Source of the DNA: Vulcanimicrobiota bacterium | GTDB lineage: Bacteria; Vulcanimicrobiota; Vulcanimicrobiia; Eremiobacterales; Eremiobacteraceae | NCBI GenBank assembly: GCA_963805945.1 | Contig: CAWDVP010000001.1 | Location: 192,001 to 256,000 of the forward strand | Length of the DNA: 64,000 bases | Reading direction: 5' to 3' | In this document: positions 16,078-26,465 of the stretch, piece by piece | Layout: each line of letters begins with the position of its first letter | Numbering within the stretch: the first letter of the stretch is position 1 | Program-made: the position numbers and the translations under genes | The notes under the pieces: model-generated | Told to the model about the DNA's origin: nothing | The model's database searches: none | What the model saw: the letters and a program-made list of their open reading frames with translations, nothing else

Positions 16078-17572
16078 TTATTTGACGGCTTTCACCTGCG
16101 CTTCGGTCACCGCCGGCGCGTTGTTGCCCCACGACGAGCGGATGTACGTGAGCACGGCGGCGATCTCGTCCGGTTTGAGCGTGCCCTTCCACGCCGGCAT
16201 CACGCTATTGTACGTCTTTCCGTTGACACTGACCGCACCGTGCATGCCGTTGTCGAGCGTGCCGATGAGCTTGCTCGGATCTCCGGTGACGTACGGATTG
16301 CCGGCGAGCGGCGGAAACGTGCCGGGCAGCCCCGTGCCAGCGGCATTATGGCAGCTCGCGCAATTCGCCGCGTAGATCTTCGCCCCGTCGGGACCTGCTG
16401 AGGTCGTCGTGGCGCCGACGGTGGCCGCAGGTGCCGGCGTCTCCGGCGCCGCGCCGTAGCCGAGCACCGGGGTCTGACCGATCGGATTGGCCTTGACCTC
16501 TTCGCCGATCTTGCCGGCGGTGTACGCGCTCAGCCAGACGATCACGATGATCGACACCGCGGTGACGCCCATCATGAACGGGCGCTTGTTGATCGCGCGG
16601 CTCGGGTTGCGGTCGATCCATGGCAGCAGGATCAGCGCGGTCACGAAGGCGCCCGGCAGCACGACCGTCGCGACCAGATTGAGGATATCAAGCGGGATGC
16701 GCAGCAGCCCGGCGACGATCGGAGCGACCCGCAGCAGTCCGTACAACTCGTAGAAATACCACGCGGGCGCGGGCGTGAACGTCGCGTTGTTCGGGTCTGC
16801 TTTGTCGAGCAGCGGCGCAGGCATGAACCACGACAATCCGACGATGACCAGGAATACGATGAACGAGACGAGCGTGTCCATGAAGATCTGGTCGGGATAG
16901 AAGCGCCCGACCGTCTTCGGCTTCTCGTCTTGCGGCGGTCCGGCCGCGCCGTTGTGCCGGAAGATGAATAGATGCAAGCCGACGAGGCCGATCAGGAACG
17001 GCGGCGTCAGCCAGACGTGGATGCCGAAGAAGCGGCCGACCGTGAGCGTGCCCAGCGTGGCGCCATCGTTGAGGAAGTACGCGATCTGCGGGCCCCATGA
17101 TGGGCACGCTCGCCGCGATATTGATGCCCACCTGCGGTGGCGAAGTACGCGTTGAGATCCCACGGCAGCAGGTAGCCGGTGAAGCCCATGACGAGGGTGA
17201 AGATGAACAGGATGACGCCGACCACCCACTGGACCTCGCGCGGCCGCTTGTACGCGCCGAAGACGCAGCACCTGGAGCAGGTGCACCGTCACCAGGATGA
17301 TCATCGCCGAGGCGCCCCAATAGTGCAGGCTGATCATGAACTGGCCGAAGGTAGACGTGCTGGTAGATGAACTTCGTCGATTCCCACGCGGTGAGCGACG
17401 ACGGCGCATAATAGAATGTCAAGAACATGCCGGTGATGATCTGGATGGTGAGCGTGATGAGCGTCGCGCTGCCGAAGACATACCAGTACGCGGCTCCTCC
17501 TGGGACGTCTTCCGTCAAGAACTCTTTGAGCGCCGAGACGACGCCGGTGCGTGATTCTATCCAGCTGATCAT
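16078..17572 (-). CDS. Cytochrome b + subunit IV + c-type cytochrome fusion of a Rieske/cytb complex (frameshifted)
   Basis: [43 protein letters not shown]-terminal CASCH..MPAW. Confidence 0.88.
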
Positions 17573-17585
17573 ATGCGGTCGCTCC

Positions 17586-18262
17586 TCACGAATACGAGAC
17601 GATCATGCGTGACGGCGCGTTCGCCGCATATTTCACCCACTCGACCTCGGCGATCCCCGCTTGTTCGCGGAACGGCACCGGGTCCAGCCCGCGCGGTGAT
17701 GGGCCGATGAGCTGGCCCTGCGCGTTCCTCATGTGCGCGCCGACCTTGTTGAACTGCGAGCCGTGGCACGGGCACAGAAACGCCTTGAGGCCGTCATCCC
17801 AAGCGTACTTGCAGTTCAGATGCGGGCAGAGCGAGCTGAACATCACGAAGCCCATGGTGACGACCTCGAACGGCACGCTGCCGCCGCCCTTCACATCGAA
17901 GAGATCGGGGCGCTGCTGCTTGAAGTTCTTCTCTTCTTCGGCAGTCATATGGATGCCCCAGACGTAGTAGTCGTTGTCGCTCACCAGGTAGCCGTCGGCG
18001 ACGCCCTTCTTCACGAAGTTGATCTTGACGGGCTTGTCGAGACTGGTCTGGAGCGCCGCGAATTCATCTTTCGGCAGAGGGTGACGCAGCCCTTGTTGGC
18101 GTTGATCAGTTCGGGCTTCGGCCACAGCCCCGCGCCGATCGGGATCACCAGACCCAAGCCGACCGCGCCGCCCATGACGATCGTCGCCTGCGCCAAGAAC
18201 CGGCTCCGGCCGATCTCTTCGGGTCCGTCCCCGTCAACCTTCGCGTTTGCGTCTTGCGACAC
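17586..18262 (-). CDS. Rieske 2Fe-2S subunit (one frameshift)
   Basis: CPHLNC and CPCHGSQF boxes, GPSPRGLD; N-terminal Tat-like GRSRFL plus TM helix. Confidence 0.9.
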
Positions 18263-18438
18263 GTGTGTGTACCTCCGAGCGTCAGCGTCGTGGGCGCGCA
18301 CGAGAGCGCGCCACTTCATGCTCCACGATAGCGTGCTTGCGCGCAAGGCTTGGCCCTCGAGCGCGAACGAACCTCTGTTCTTTCGCGCTTCCCGGCGCCG
18401 GAGGTCGGCGCAGGCGATGAGACAAAAGTCAGAGCGCT

Positions 18439-19233
18439 GTGGATAGAGAGACGATCCATGCCGCCGCGCGCGAGCAGTTCGGCGCGGTGGCAGAGCACTA
18501 TGTAGCAGAGCCCGCGTCATGCCGCCGGCGACGACCTGGCTCGGCTCGTCGAACTCGCGGCGCCCCGCGGGAGCGAGCGGGTGCTCGACGTCGCCACCGG
18601 CGCGGGGCACACCGCACTCGCGTTCGCACCGCACGTCGCGGAGGTCGTGGCCTGCGATCTCACACCGCGCATGCTCGAGCTCGCGCAGACGCTCGCCGCG
18701 CAGCGCGGCGCCGCCAACATCACCTTCGTCCAGGCGCCGGCAGAGGCGTTGCCTTTCGAGGCCGCGAGCTTCGATCTGGTCACGTGTCGCATCGCGCCGC
18801 ATCATTTCGCCGACCCGGACGCGTTCGTCCGCGAGGTCGCACGCGTGCTCAAGCCGGGTGGGCGCTTCCTGCTCGACGACCAGATGGCGCCCGACGATCC
18901 CGACCTCGACGCCTTCTTCAACCGCTTCGAGAAATGGCGCGATCCCAGCCACGTCCGCGCGTACACCGTCGCCGAGTGGCGCAGCTGGCTCGAGGCGGCC
19001 GGGTTGCGCGTCGGACATGTCGAAGAGCTCGAGCGCGGCTCGTACGATTTCGCGGACTGGACCGCGGCCTCGAAGATGCCCGATGCCTCGCGCGCGGCGC
19101 TCGAACGTTTCTTGTGCGACGCGCCGGAGCGCTGCGCCAGGTTCTTCAGGATCGAGCGGGAAGGCGAGCGCGTACGTTCCTTGCGCGGCTGTTTCGCGCT
19201 CATCACGTCACGGCGTGTGGAGGATGCCCATGA
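18439..19233 (+). CDS. Class I SAM-dependent methyltransferase (frameshift near start)
   Basis: LDVATGAGHT, AEALPF..FDLVTCRIAPHHF, RVLKPGG, RDPSH. Confidence 0.88.
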   Translation: MDRETIHAAAREQFGAVAEHYVAEPASCRRRRPGSARRTRGAPRERAGARRRHRRGAHRTRVRTARRGGRGLRSHTAHARARADARRAARRRQHHLRPGAGRGVAFRGRELRSGHVSHRAASFRRPGRVRPRGRTRAQAGWALPARRPDGARRSRPRRLLQPLREMARSQPRPRVHRRRVAQLARGGRVARRTCRRARARLVRFRGLDRGLEDARCLARGARTFLVRRAGALRQVLQDRAGRRARTFLARLFRAHHVTACGGCP

Positions 19234-19709
19234 TCTCCGTGCTATTCGCGCTGCTCCTCACGGTCGCGGCGCCGGCGAGCCCGAATCTGGTGCAGCAGCA
19301 CATCGCGGACGCGCGCAAGGCCATCGACGCCGGCAACACCGCCTACATCGCGACGCAGCAACGCGGCGACGCGAAGGCGTTCGCGGCGCTGTACGCCGAC
19401 AACGCCGCGAGCATCGGCACCGACGGCTCGGTGACGCGCGGCAGAGCGGCGATCGAAGCGGCCGCCGCTGCGTCGCTCGCGAGCAGCACGTTCCTGCGGG
19501 GGACGATCACGACGACCGACCTTGCGGTCGACGGCGATACCGCGTATGAAGAAGGCACGTACCTCTTCACCATCAAGCCTAAGAACAAACCCGCGGCCGA
19601 CTATACGGGGCGTTATTTGACGATATGGGCGCGCCAGCCGGATGGCGCCTGGAAGATACAGACGGACACCGGCTTCGCCGCGCGGCCATGCACCGGAGGG
19701 GCGAAGTGA
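19230..19709 (+). CDS. Exported NTF2-like/DUF4440 protein
   Basis: Signal peptide; GDAKAFAALY, GDTAYEEGTY, YLTIWARQPDGAWKI. Confidence 0.82.
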   Translation: MISVLFALLLTVAAPASPNLVQQHIADARKAIDAGNTAYIATQQRGDAKAFAALYADNAASIGTDGSVTRGRAAIEAAAAASLASSTFLRGTITTTDLAVDGDTAYEEGTYLFTIKPKNKPAADYTGRYLTIWARQPDGAWKIQTDTGFAARPCTGGAK

Positions 19710-19711
19710 CG

Positions 19712-20275
19712 ATGCAGTGCACCACCTGCGGCGGGCCGCTGCCCGAGGGGGCCAACTACTGCCCGAAGTGCGGCCGTCTGGTCCAGACCGCCGCGCCTGC
19801 GGAGCGCTCGGGGATGCCGCGCTGGCTGCTCGGCGTGCTCATCGGCGGCGCGCTGCTCTTGGTCTCCGTGCCGTTCCTCGGCATTCTCGCCGCGATCCTG
19901 ATCCCGAACTTCTTGCACGCGCGCGCGGAGGCGTTCACCGCCAGGGATCAGGGGAACGAGAAGATGATCGCGACCGCGCTGGAGGGCTATGCCGTCGACC
20001 ATGGCGGCAGATATCCCGACAACCTCACGCAGGTCGTGCCGAAATACCTCAAGGCATTGCCGACCGTGCCGGGCGGCGACGGCGCCGCATACGCCTACCA
20101 ACATCCGGCATCCACGCCGGCGCATGGCGCGTATGAGATATGGGATGACGGCTCGATGGATCCGACGACGCTCACCCGCATCCCGCAAGGCGTGGGCGGA
20201 GCGTCGTGCGTCGACTGCAAGTACGTGGTGTATGCCGCGACGGGCGGCATCATCGGCGTGCCGGGCACGCACTAG
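19712..20275 (+). CDS. Zinc-ribbon + membrane-anchored pilin/GspG-like protein
   Basis: CxxC-x10-CPKCG, TM helix, ILAAILIPNFLHARA..IATALEGYAVDHGGRYP. Confidence 0.72.
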   Translation: MQCTTCGGPLPEGANYCPKCGRLVQTAAPAERSGMPRWLLGVLIGGALLLVSVPFLGILAAILIPNFLHARAEAFTARDQGNEKMIATALEGYAVDHGGRYPDNLTQVVPKYLKALPTVPGGDGAAYAYQHPASTPAHGAYEIWDDGSMDPTTLTRIPQGVGGASCVDCKYVVYAATGGIIGVPGTH

Positions 20276-20280
20276 AGGAG

Positions 20281-20745
20281 CTACTGCCCGATGAGCGCGG
20301 CCCAGAGCCCCGAGCTTTGGCAGTAGCGGATGCCGGTCGTCACGCCGTTGAAGGCGGGCAGATTGCCGAGCGTGGTCACATCGTGATTGTCACCGTCACG
20401 GATCTTGTACGCGTCGCTGGCTTGGCACACGCCGTTGCCGGGGGTGACGTAGAAATAGGTGCCGCCGGCTGGGTCGGCGGGCGTCGACGTCATGTAGGGG
20501 TTGCCGGCGCCGCCGAACAGGGCGGCGTTGACCGGCCCGCTAGCTGCGGGATATTGCCCGGAGTGATCGGTGGCGTACATCTCCAGAGCCGTGGCGATCT
20601 GCTTCATGTTGCCTTCGCATGACGCGGTCTGGGCCTGGGCGCGCGCATGCAGCATGTTCGGCACGAGGATAGCGGCGAGTATCGCTATGACCGCGATCAC
20701 GATCAGCAATTCAAGCAAGGTGAACCCGCGCGCGCTCATGCCCAT
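20281..20745 (-). CDS. Type IV pilin / pseudopilin
   Basis: Prepilin cleavage/N-methylation motif G|FTLLELLIVIAVIAILAAILVP. Confidence 0.9.
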   Translation of the reverse strand: MGMSARGFTLLELLIVIAVIAILAAILVPNMLHARAQAQTASCEGNMKQIATALEMYATDHSGQYPAASGPVNAALFGGAGNPYMTSTPADPAGGTYFYVTPGNGVCQASDAYKIRDGDNHDVTTLGNLPAFNGVTTGIRYCQSSGLWAALIGQ

Positions 20746-20793
20746 GTGACCTATTTATACATCGCGCCGTCCTGGCATTAGATGAATGTTTGA

Positions 20794-21219
20794 TTGGAGA
20801 ATATGATGGATGAGATGAAGAAGACCGACGAGCAGTGGCGGCAGACGCTGACGCCCGAGCAGTACGCCGTGCTGCGTCGGGCCGGCACCGAAGCGCCCTT
20901 CACCGGCGCATTGCTCCACAACAAGGAGCACGGCGCGTACACGTGCGCCGCATGCGGCAACGAGCTTTTCTCATCGGATGCGAAATTCGATTCGGGCAGC
21001 GGTTGGCCGAGCTTCACCGAACCGGCGAACACGGAGCATGTGACGCTCATAGAGGATACGAGCCATGGCATGCGCCGCACCGAGGTGCGCTGCAAGCGCT
21101 GCGGTTCGCACTTGGGTCATGTTTTCGACGACGGTCCGGGACCCAGCGGCCAGCGCTACTGCATCAATTCGGTGTGCCTCGACTTCGCGGCTGCCAAGAA
21201 GCGCGAGAGCGCGACGTAA
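20794..21219 (+). CDS. msrB: Methionine-R-sulfoxide reductase
   Basis: [33 protein letters not shown]. Confidence 0.96.
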   Translation: MENMMDEMKKTDEQWRQTLTPEQYAVLRRAGTEAPFTGALLHNKEHGAYTCAACGNELFSSDAKFDSGSGWPSFTEPANTEHVTLIEDTSHGMRRTEVRCKRCGSHLGHVFDDGPGPSGQRYCINSVCLDFAAAKKRESAT

Positions 21220-21264
21220 GTGGGCGGAACCTCGCCTGACCGCGTCAAAACCGCTTCCTCACAC

Positions 21265-21349
21265 GGAGGGATGGCAGAGCGGTTGATTGCGGCAGCCTTG
21301 AAAGCTGTTAGACCGAAAGGTCTCGTGGGTTCGAATCCCACTCCCTCCT
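21265..21349 (+). tRNA. tRNA-Ser (anticodon TGA), CCA not encoded
   Basis: GGAGGGA/TCCCTCC acceptor stem, CT-TGA-AA anticodon loop, long variable arm AGACC-GAAA-GGTCT, GGTTCGAATCC. Confidence 0.95.
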
Positions 21350-21350
21350 G

Positions 21351-21629
21351 ATGCCGCGCATCCATCTGATCGTCCGCGGCAGGGTCCAGGGCGTCTTCTA
21401 CCGGACCACCGCGGTCGAGCGCGCGCGCGACCTGGGGCTCACCGGCTGGGTGCGCAACCTGCACGACGGCGGCGTCGAGATCTGCGCAGAGGGCGCGGCC
21501 GATGGGCTGGCGATCCTGCGCTCGTGGTGCGCGCATGGCCCCGCTGGAGCCGGCGTGCGCGACGTCGAGGAGTTCAAGGAGAACGCGACAGGGGAATTCG
21601 TCGAGTTCGAGCTTCGTTCAGACGGCTGA
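21351..21629 (+). CDS. acyP: Acylphosphatase
   Basis: GRVQGVFYR, GWVRNL.DG. Confidence 0.93.
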   Translation: MPRIHLIVRGRVQGVFYRTTAVERARDLGLTGWVRNLHDGGVEICAEGAADGLAILRSWCAHGPAGAGVRDVEEFKENATGEFVEFELRSDG

Positions 21630-21680
21630 AGCCGCGCAAGCCGGCGCGCGGCCTCCCTCCACCGTGGTTCCTTCAGCCGC

Positions 21681-22805
21681 TCACGGTGTGATCGATCGTA
21701 TCACCTCGTCGCCCGCCATCGACGCCTTGTAGATCTCTTTCGCGTCGAGGTTCATCTTCGTGAGATCGATCATCCGGATCTCGCTATTCTCGTAGGTGCG
21801 GAAGTAGAAGCGCTTCGCTTTGAGGTCGGCGGCGCTCGTCCAGATGGTGTAATCGGCGAGCGTGTTGCCGTGCTCATCCTTTTCGTGTTCGCGAGCCGCT
21901 CCCTTAGGGATATCGAATTGGTTCAGGATGTGAAAGGCCTCCAGCACGGCGTCGTTGCCGGTCGCCGATGGGAAGACCGATTGGGTGAACGCCACGGCGC
22001 GGACGAAACGGGAAGGCGGCGTGAAGTCCCCGGGCATGCCGAGCATCCCGGAGCCTTGGCCGAACGGTTTGAGCTCGACCGACCCCAGCTTCACCGGCGG
22101 CGCATTTTCCATCGAGAAGTTCAAGTAGTTACGCAGATTGTTCATGTGCCAGTCGAACGACGGTGAGTTGGTGACGACGCCCAGCGGGTCATCATAGACA
22201 TGGAGCGCCCCGCCTGTATACTCGATCACGATGTACTTGCCAGAGGCATCGCTCGCGATGTAGTGGACCTCCGGAGCGAAACCCCATCCGCCATACACGA
22301 CGGCGGGGACGACGACTTTCCCGAGGTTCGCCTTCACCTCGTCGACGCTGGCGAAGTTCTCCATGAGCCATGAACCCAATTGCCAGGGAGCCATGGTCTT
22401 GCTCGCATCGGCGGCGGCATAGGGCATATATCCCGCGGCGGTGGGGAAATAGAACGTCCCCACTGACAGACCTTTTTCGTTCAACCCGTCGAAGAGGTAC
22501 GGTTCGCCGACGCCGTTCAGCCCGACGCTCGCGTAACGCGTCTTCCACGTGAGGCCGGGCTTGCCGTCGGGCGTGAGCCCTGTCCTAGCGATGCCGCGCG
22601 GCACCATCATCACCTCGGAGTGGATGTCGATGGCGAATTCCATCGTCCGCGCGTGGATGACGGAACCATCCTGCGCCGTGAGGCTGATGCCGGTGCATGC
22701 AAGCGCGGGCAGAACGGCGCAGCTCACGAGCAGCGCGACGGCGAGCGCGGAAGAGACCAGCTTGACGAAAATGCGATAAGAAACCATCGTGTATGTCTTC
22801 CTCAC
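21681..22805 (-). CDS. Exported choloylglycine hydrolase / penicillin V acylase family Ntn-hydrolase
   Basis: Signal peptide then CTG nucleophile, ARTMEF, DGLNEKGL, TNSP, PGDFTPPSRFVR. Confidence 0.9.
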   Translation of the reverse strand: MRKTYTMVSYRIFVKLVSSALAVALLVSCAVLPALACTGISLTAQDGSVIHARTMEFAIDIHSEVMMVPRGIARTGLTPDGKPGLTWKTRYASVGLNGVGEPYLFDGLNEKGLSVGTFYFPTAAGYMPYAAADASKTMAPWQLGSWLMENFASVDEVKANLGKVVVPAVVYGGWGFAPEVHYIASDASGKYIVIEYTGGALHVYDDPLGVVTNSPSFDWHMNNLRNYLNFSMENAPPVKLGSVELKPFGQGSGMLGMPGDFTPPSRFVRAVAFTQSVFPSATGNDAVLEAFHILNQFDIPKGAAREHEKDEHGNTLADYTIWTSAADLKAKRFYFRTYENSEIRMIDLTKMNLDAKEIYKASMAGDEVIRSITP

Positions 22806-22920
22806 GTGGCCAGAGGATGGCCGGCGCCTTTGTGATGTGGTGACAGACTACGGCACCCTCCGCTCTACGGCCTTGCCGCTCGGACGCGTAGAGTCGACCC
22901 GACTGTGGTATTAGTTGTGT

Positions 22921-23520
22921 TCAGCCTTCGTCGAGCCGCTTGAGCGCGGCGCGCGTGTCCACATCATGAAATGCAGCGCGGTCAAACGCGTCGACGAAAA
23001 GCAATCGGCCACGATTTCCTTGAGCATAGCGCTTCGCTCCGGTGTCGCCTGCGAGCGCACGTAACCGCGCGAAGTCCCGGCGCGGGAACAGCATCGGCGC
23101 ACCCCACGTGTCGCCGCTGCGCAATGCCACGATCGCGTCAGGCCGGTCTTCCCACGCTGCGATGAGCCGGTTAAGATCGCCCGCCGTGACGAAAGGCTGA
23201 TCGCCGAGGACGAAGATGCAGGCGTCGGCGCCGTGCTGCGCCCGCAATCCTGTCGCGATCGACGACGAGATGCCGCGCTCCCACGCGCGATTGACCACCA
23301 CGCTGCAACGCCGTGTATCGACCGCTGCGACCACCCGCGCGCTGTCTGCGCCGACGACGAGGACGCACGCGAGCGCGCGCGCGCCGCACGCGGCATCGAG
23401 CGCATGCTGCAGCAGTGGCCTGCCGCGCAGCGGTGCGGCGAGCTTCCCGCCGCCGAACCTGCGGCCCGCGCCGGCGGCGAGGACCACCGCGACGACGCGC
23501 GGCGTCAGCGTAGCCGCCAC
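22921..23520 (-). CDS. MocA/YgfJ-like molybdenum cofactor nucleotidyltransferase
   Basis: LAAGAGRRFG..KL, LGDQP, GDTGAK, DVDT. Confidence 0.85.
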   Translation of the reverse strand: MAATLTPRVVAVVLAAGAGRRFGGGKLAAPLRGRPLLQHALDAACGARALACVLVVGADSARVVAAVDTRRCSVVVNRAWERGISSSIATGLRAQHGADACIFVLGDQPFVTAGDLNRLIAAWEDRPDAIVALRSGDTWGAPMLFPRRDFARLRALAGDTGAKRYAQGNRGRLLFVDAFDRAAFHDVDTRAALKRLDEG

Positions 23521-24269
23521 AGCCGCAGGCCGCCGGTCTGCGACGACGCCACCAGCGCCGACAACTCGACAGGCGCGAGCGCGGCTGCGAGCGCCGCGAC
23601 GGCAGAAGCGTCGGGTCCCGCATCAGCTTTGTTGATGACGACCGCGAAGCGCGCGCTCTCATCCACGTCAGCGCAGCGCGATTCGTATTCGCGGATGATC
23701 GCCGCCACGTGCGCGGGCGCCAGCGGCTCGCCAGGCCGCGCTCCGGACACCTCGACGATGCGCTCGGGCCGGTGCAAGGTCGCTTCTCCTACGGCAAGCC
23801 CGAGCGCGTCCGCGCCGACGACCACTACGAGCAGGCTCGTGGTGGATGCGAGCACGGGTTCTTTCTCGGACGGCGCTTTGAACGGCTTCATGCGCGCCCC
23901 GTCGGCTTCGTACACGACATAGCGCGCACCGCAGCGGAAGTACAACTCGTCCACGATCTCCGGCGTCACCGCGCGTAATCTGCCCTCGCGTACGCCGGAG
24001 CCGACCGCGATCAACGCGCCGCGCGCGAACGCCGCGGCGACGAATTCGTGCAGTGACCGATCGGGCAGCGGGCGCTCCCACTCCACCAATGGGATGCCGG
24101 CGGGCGGCGCACCGGCTTTCGTCGTCGTCGTCACGATGGTGGGGGCCGACATCGAGAGCTCGCGGCCGAGCGACCATAGCGTCGTCGTCTTGCCGCCGCC
24201 ACCGACGAGCGCGATGTTCTCCGTATCAGCGAGGTCGAGGGCTTCGCGCCAGGTCGCGCAGCTATTCAT
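23505..24269 (-). CDS. yqeC: YqeC-family selenium/molybdenum cofactor accessory protein
   Basis: ALVGGGGKTT, TTTTK, EADGARMKPFKAP..EPV, HRPE, INKAD. Confidence 0.85.
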   Translation of the reverse strand: MNSCATWREALDLADTENIALVGGGGKTTTLWSLGRELSMSAPTIVTTTTKAGAPPAGIPLVEWERPLPDRSLHEFVAAAFARGALIAVGSGVREGRLRAVTPEIVDELYFRCGARYVVYEADGARMKPFKAPSEKEPVLASTTSLLVVVVGADALGLAVGEATLHRPERIVEVSGARPGEPLAPAHVAAIIREYESRCADVDESARFAVVINKADAGPDASAVAALAAALAPVELSALVASSQTGGLRLWRLR

Positions 24270-25048
24270 GACATAGGTCTGAGGAGCGACACCATCTCGT
24301 CGTGGATCGCGCCGTTACTCGCGATGATCTCGCCGCCGTCCAGTGCGAGCTGCCGGCCGGAGAAGTCGCTTGTGCGGCCGCCGGCCTCTTCCACGATGAG
24401 CGCGCCGGCGGCGACATCCCACGCATGCAGACGTGACTCCCAAAAACCGTCTGTCCTTCCGGCTGCGACGTAACACAGGTCGAGCGCCGCAGAACCGTCG
24501 CGCCGCACCGCCTGGCCGAAGCGCATCAGCTCGCGCAGCGCGGCGAGATCCGGCGGCGCGTCGGCGTCGATCGGCGGGAAGCCCGTCGTGAGCAGCGCGT
24601 CTCGCAGCGCGCTGCGCTGCGAGACGTGCATGCGCGTGCCGTTGCAGCGCGCACCGCCGCCGCGCTCCGCGACGAAAAGCTCGTCGCGGACCGGATCGAA
24701 GATCGCGCCGACGACGAGCGCGCCTTCGACTTCGAGCGCGACGGAGACGCAGAAGAACGGATAGCCGTGCGAGAAGTTCGTCGTGCCGTCGAGCGGGTCG
24801 ACGATCCAGCGCCGCGACGAACCCGCGCCCTGCACGCCGCCTTCTTCGCCGAGCACCACGTCGTCGGGAAAGCGCTTGGCGAGGACGCCTCTGATGAGCG
24901 CCTCGCTCGCGGTGTCGGCATCGGTGACGAGATCGCCGCGCAGCCCTTTCGAACGCACGTCTACACGGTGGCCGAATCTCATCCGGACGAGCTCGCCCGC
25001 CGCGCACGCGGCGCGTTCGGCGACCGACAGTTCTTCGGTCCACGCCAT
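24266..25048 (-). CDS. suhB: Inositol monophosphatase family protein
   Basis: DLVT.AD, GEE, WIVDPLDGTTNF, GSAALDL, WDVAAG. Confidence 0.88.
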   Translation of the reverse strand: MAWTEELSVAERAACAAGELVRMRFGHRVDVRSKGLRGDLVTDADTASEALIRGVLAKRFPDDVVLGEEGGVQGAGSSRRWIVDPLDGTTNFSHGYPFFCVSVALEVEGALVVGAIFDPVRDELFVAERGGGARCNGTRMHVSQRSALRDALLTTGFPPIDADAPPDLAALRELMRFGQAVRRDGSAALDLCYVAAGRTDGFWESRLHAWDVAAGALIVEEAGGRTSDFSGRQLALDGGEIIASNGAIHDEMVSLLRPMS

Positions 25049-25081
25049 CGGCTTCGCATTCGAGCGCGGGCAAGATTCATC

Positions 25082-26438
25082 ATGCACACCGTCGAACGCA
25101 CTTCTGCTGTGCTGAAAACAGGTTCCGAGATCCCGACGTATCAACTGCCAGGGCCTAAGGGCGCCGAGGTCGTGCGCGTGGAGACGGCGCTCGACACGAC
25201 CGGCACGAAGACCGCGCCGATCGCCGTCAAGCACGCCAAAGGGCCTCATGCTCGAGGACGTGGACGGCAACGTCTTCCTCGACTTCACCAGCGGCATGGT
25301 CACGGCGACAGGCCATTCCCATCCCGCGGTGGTGAAGGCGATCGCGGAACAAGCGGAACGCTGGCTGTTCATCAACAGCCCTGATTTCTATTCGCCGCTC
25401 CAGGCAGAGGTGGTCACGCGTCTCGCCGCGTTGGTGCCCGGCATCGGCGCGCGCAAGGTGTTCATGTGCAACAGCGGCAGCGAGGCGAATGAGGCCGCCA
25501 TCAAGGCGACGCGCTGGAACAATCCGACGCGCAAGCGGATCATCGGATTCATCGGTGCCTTCCACGGCCGCACGATGGGCGCGAACTCGCTCACCGCGAG
25601 CAAGATCGTGCAGCGCGCGCGCTTCACCTCGAACATGCCCGACGTCCATCACCTGCCGTATGCGACCTGCTATCGCTGTCCGTACAAGATGTCATACCCC
25701 AATTGCGACATCTGGTGCGCGCGCATCCTCGAAGAGCTCTACTTCAAGCAGCTCATCCCGCCGGACGAGGTGTCCGCCATCTTCGTCGAGCCGATCCAAG
25801 GCGAAGGCGGCTACATCGTGCCGCCGCCGGAGTTCGTGCAGATCATCCGCGACATCGCGCAGCGCTACGGCATCCCCTATGTCGACGACGAAGTGCAGGC
25901 GGGCATGGGCAAGACCGGCAAGATGCTCGCGATCGAGCATCACGGCGTCACCGCGAACTGCACCTCGCTCGGCAAAGCGCTCGGCTCGGGCGTCGCCGTC
26001 GCCGCGCAGGTGCTCGACGCGGATCTCGACTTCGGCGCGCAGGGCGCCCACTCGAACACCTTCGGCGGGAACGGCGTCGCGCTCGCGGCCGCTAAGGCGA
26101 CGCTCGACGTCTTCGACGCCGAGCACCTCGTCGAGCGCGCGGCGGAACAGGGCGAGTATTTCATCGCCCGCCTGCGCGAGCTGCACGAACGCCACGCGGC
26201 GATCGGCGACGTCCGCGGCAAAGGGCTGATGCTGGCGATCGACTTCGTCGTCGACCGCACGACCCGAGAACCGGACCCCGCGTTCCGCGACCGCGTCGTG
26301 GGGAACTGCTTCCGACATGGGCTCATGGTCTTGCCGTGCGGTTTCTCCGCCATCCGCTTCACCCCGGCGCTCGTCGTCGATCGCGCGCAGATCGATCAGG
26401 CCGTCGCCGTGCTCGAGCGGTCCATCAGAGAGGCCTAA
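25082..26438 (+). CDS. Class III PLP aminotransferase (GABA/ornithine-type; frameshift near start)
   Basis: DVDGNVFLDF, NSGSEANE, FHGRT, EPIQGEGG, DEVQAGMG, GKALG, HSNTFGGN. Confidence 0.9.
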
Positions 26439-26444
26439 GCCCGG

Positions 26445-26463
26445 CGGTCGAGTAAATTCGACC
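26445..26463. repeat. REP family B degenerate copy
   Basis: CGGTCGAGTAAATTCGACC. Confidence 0.55.
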
Positions 26464-26465
26464 AC

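Noticed and set aside
21265..21349. tRNA with TGA in the anticodon loop as tRNA-Sec or a suppressor
   Set aside because: Anticodon TGA reads UCA (Ser); tRNA-Sec needs TCA and a longer acceptor stem. The T discriminator is atypical for Ser but rests on a single base.
21349..22805. tRNA-Ser as the integration site of an island
   Set aside because: No integrase, no duplicated tRNA 3' end seen, and ordinary flanking genes.
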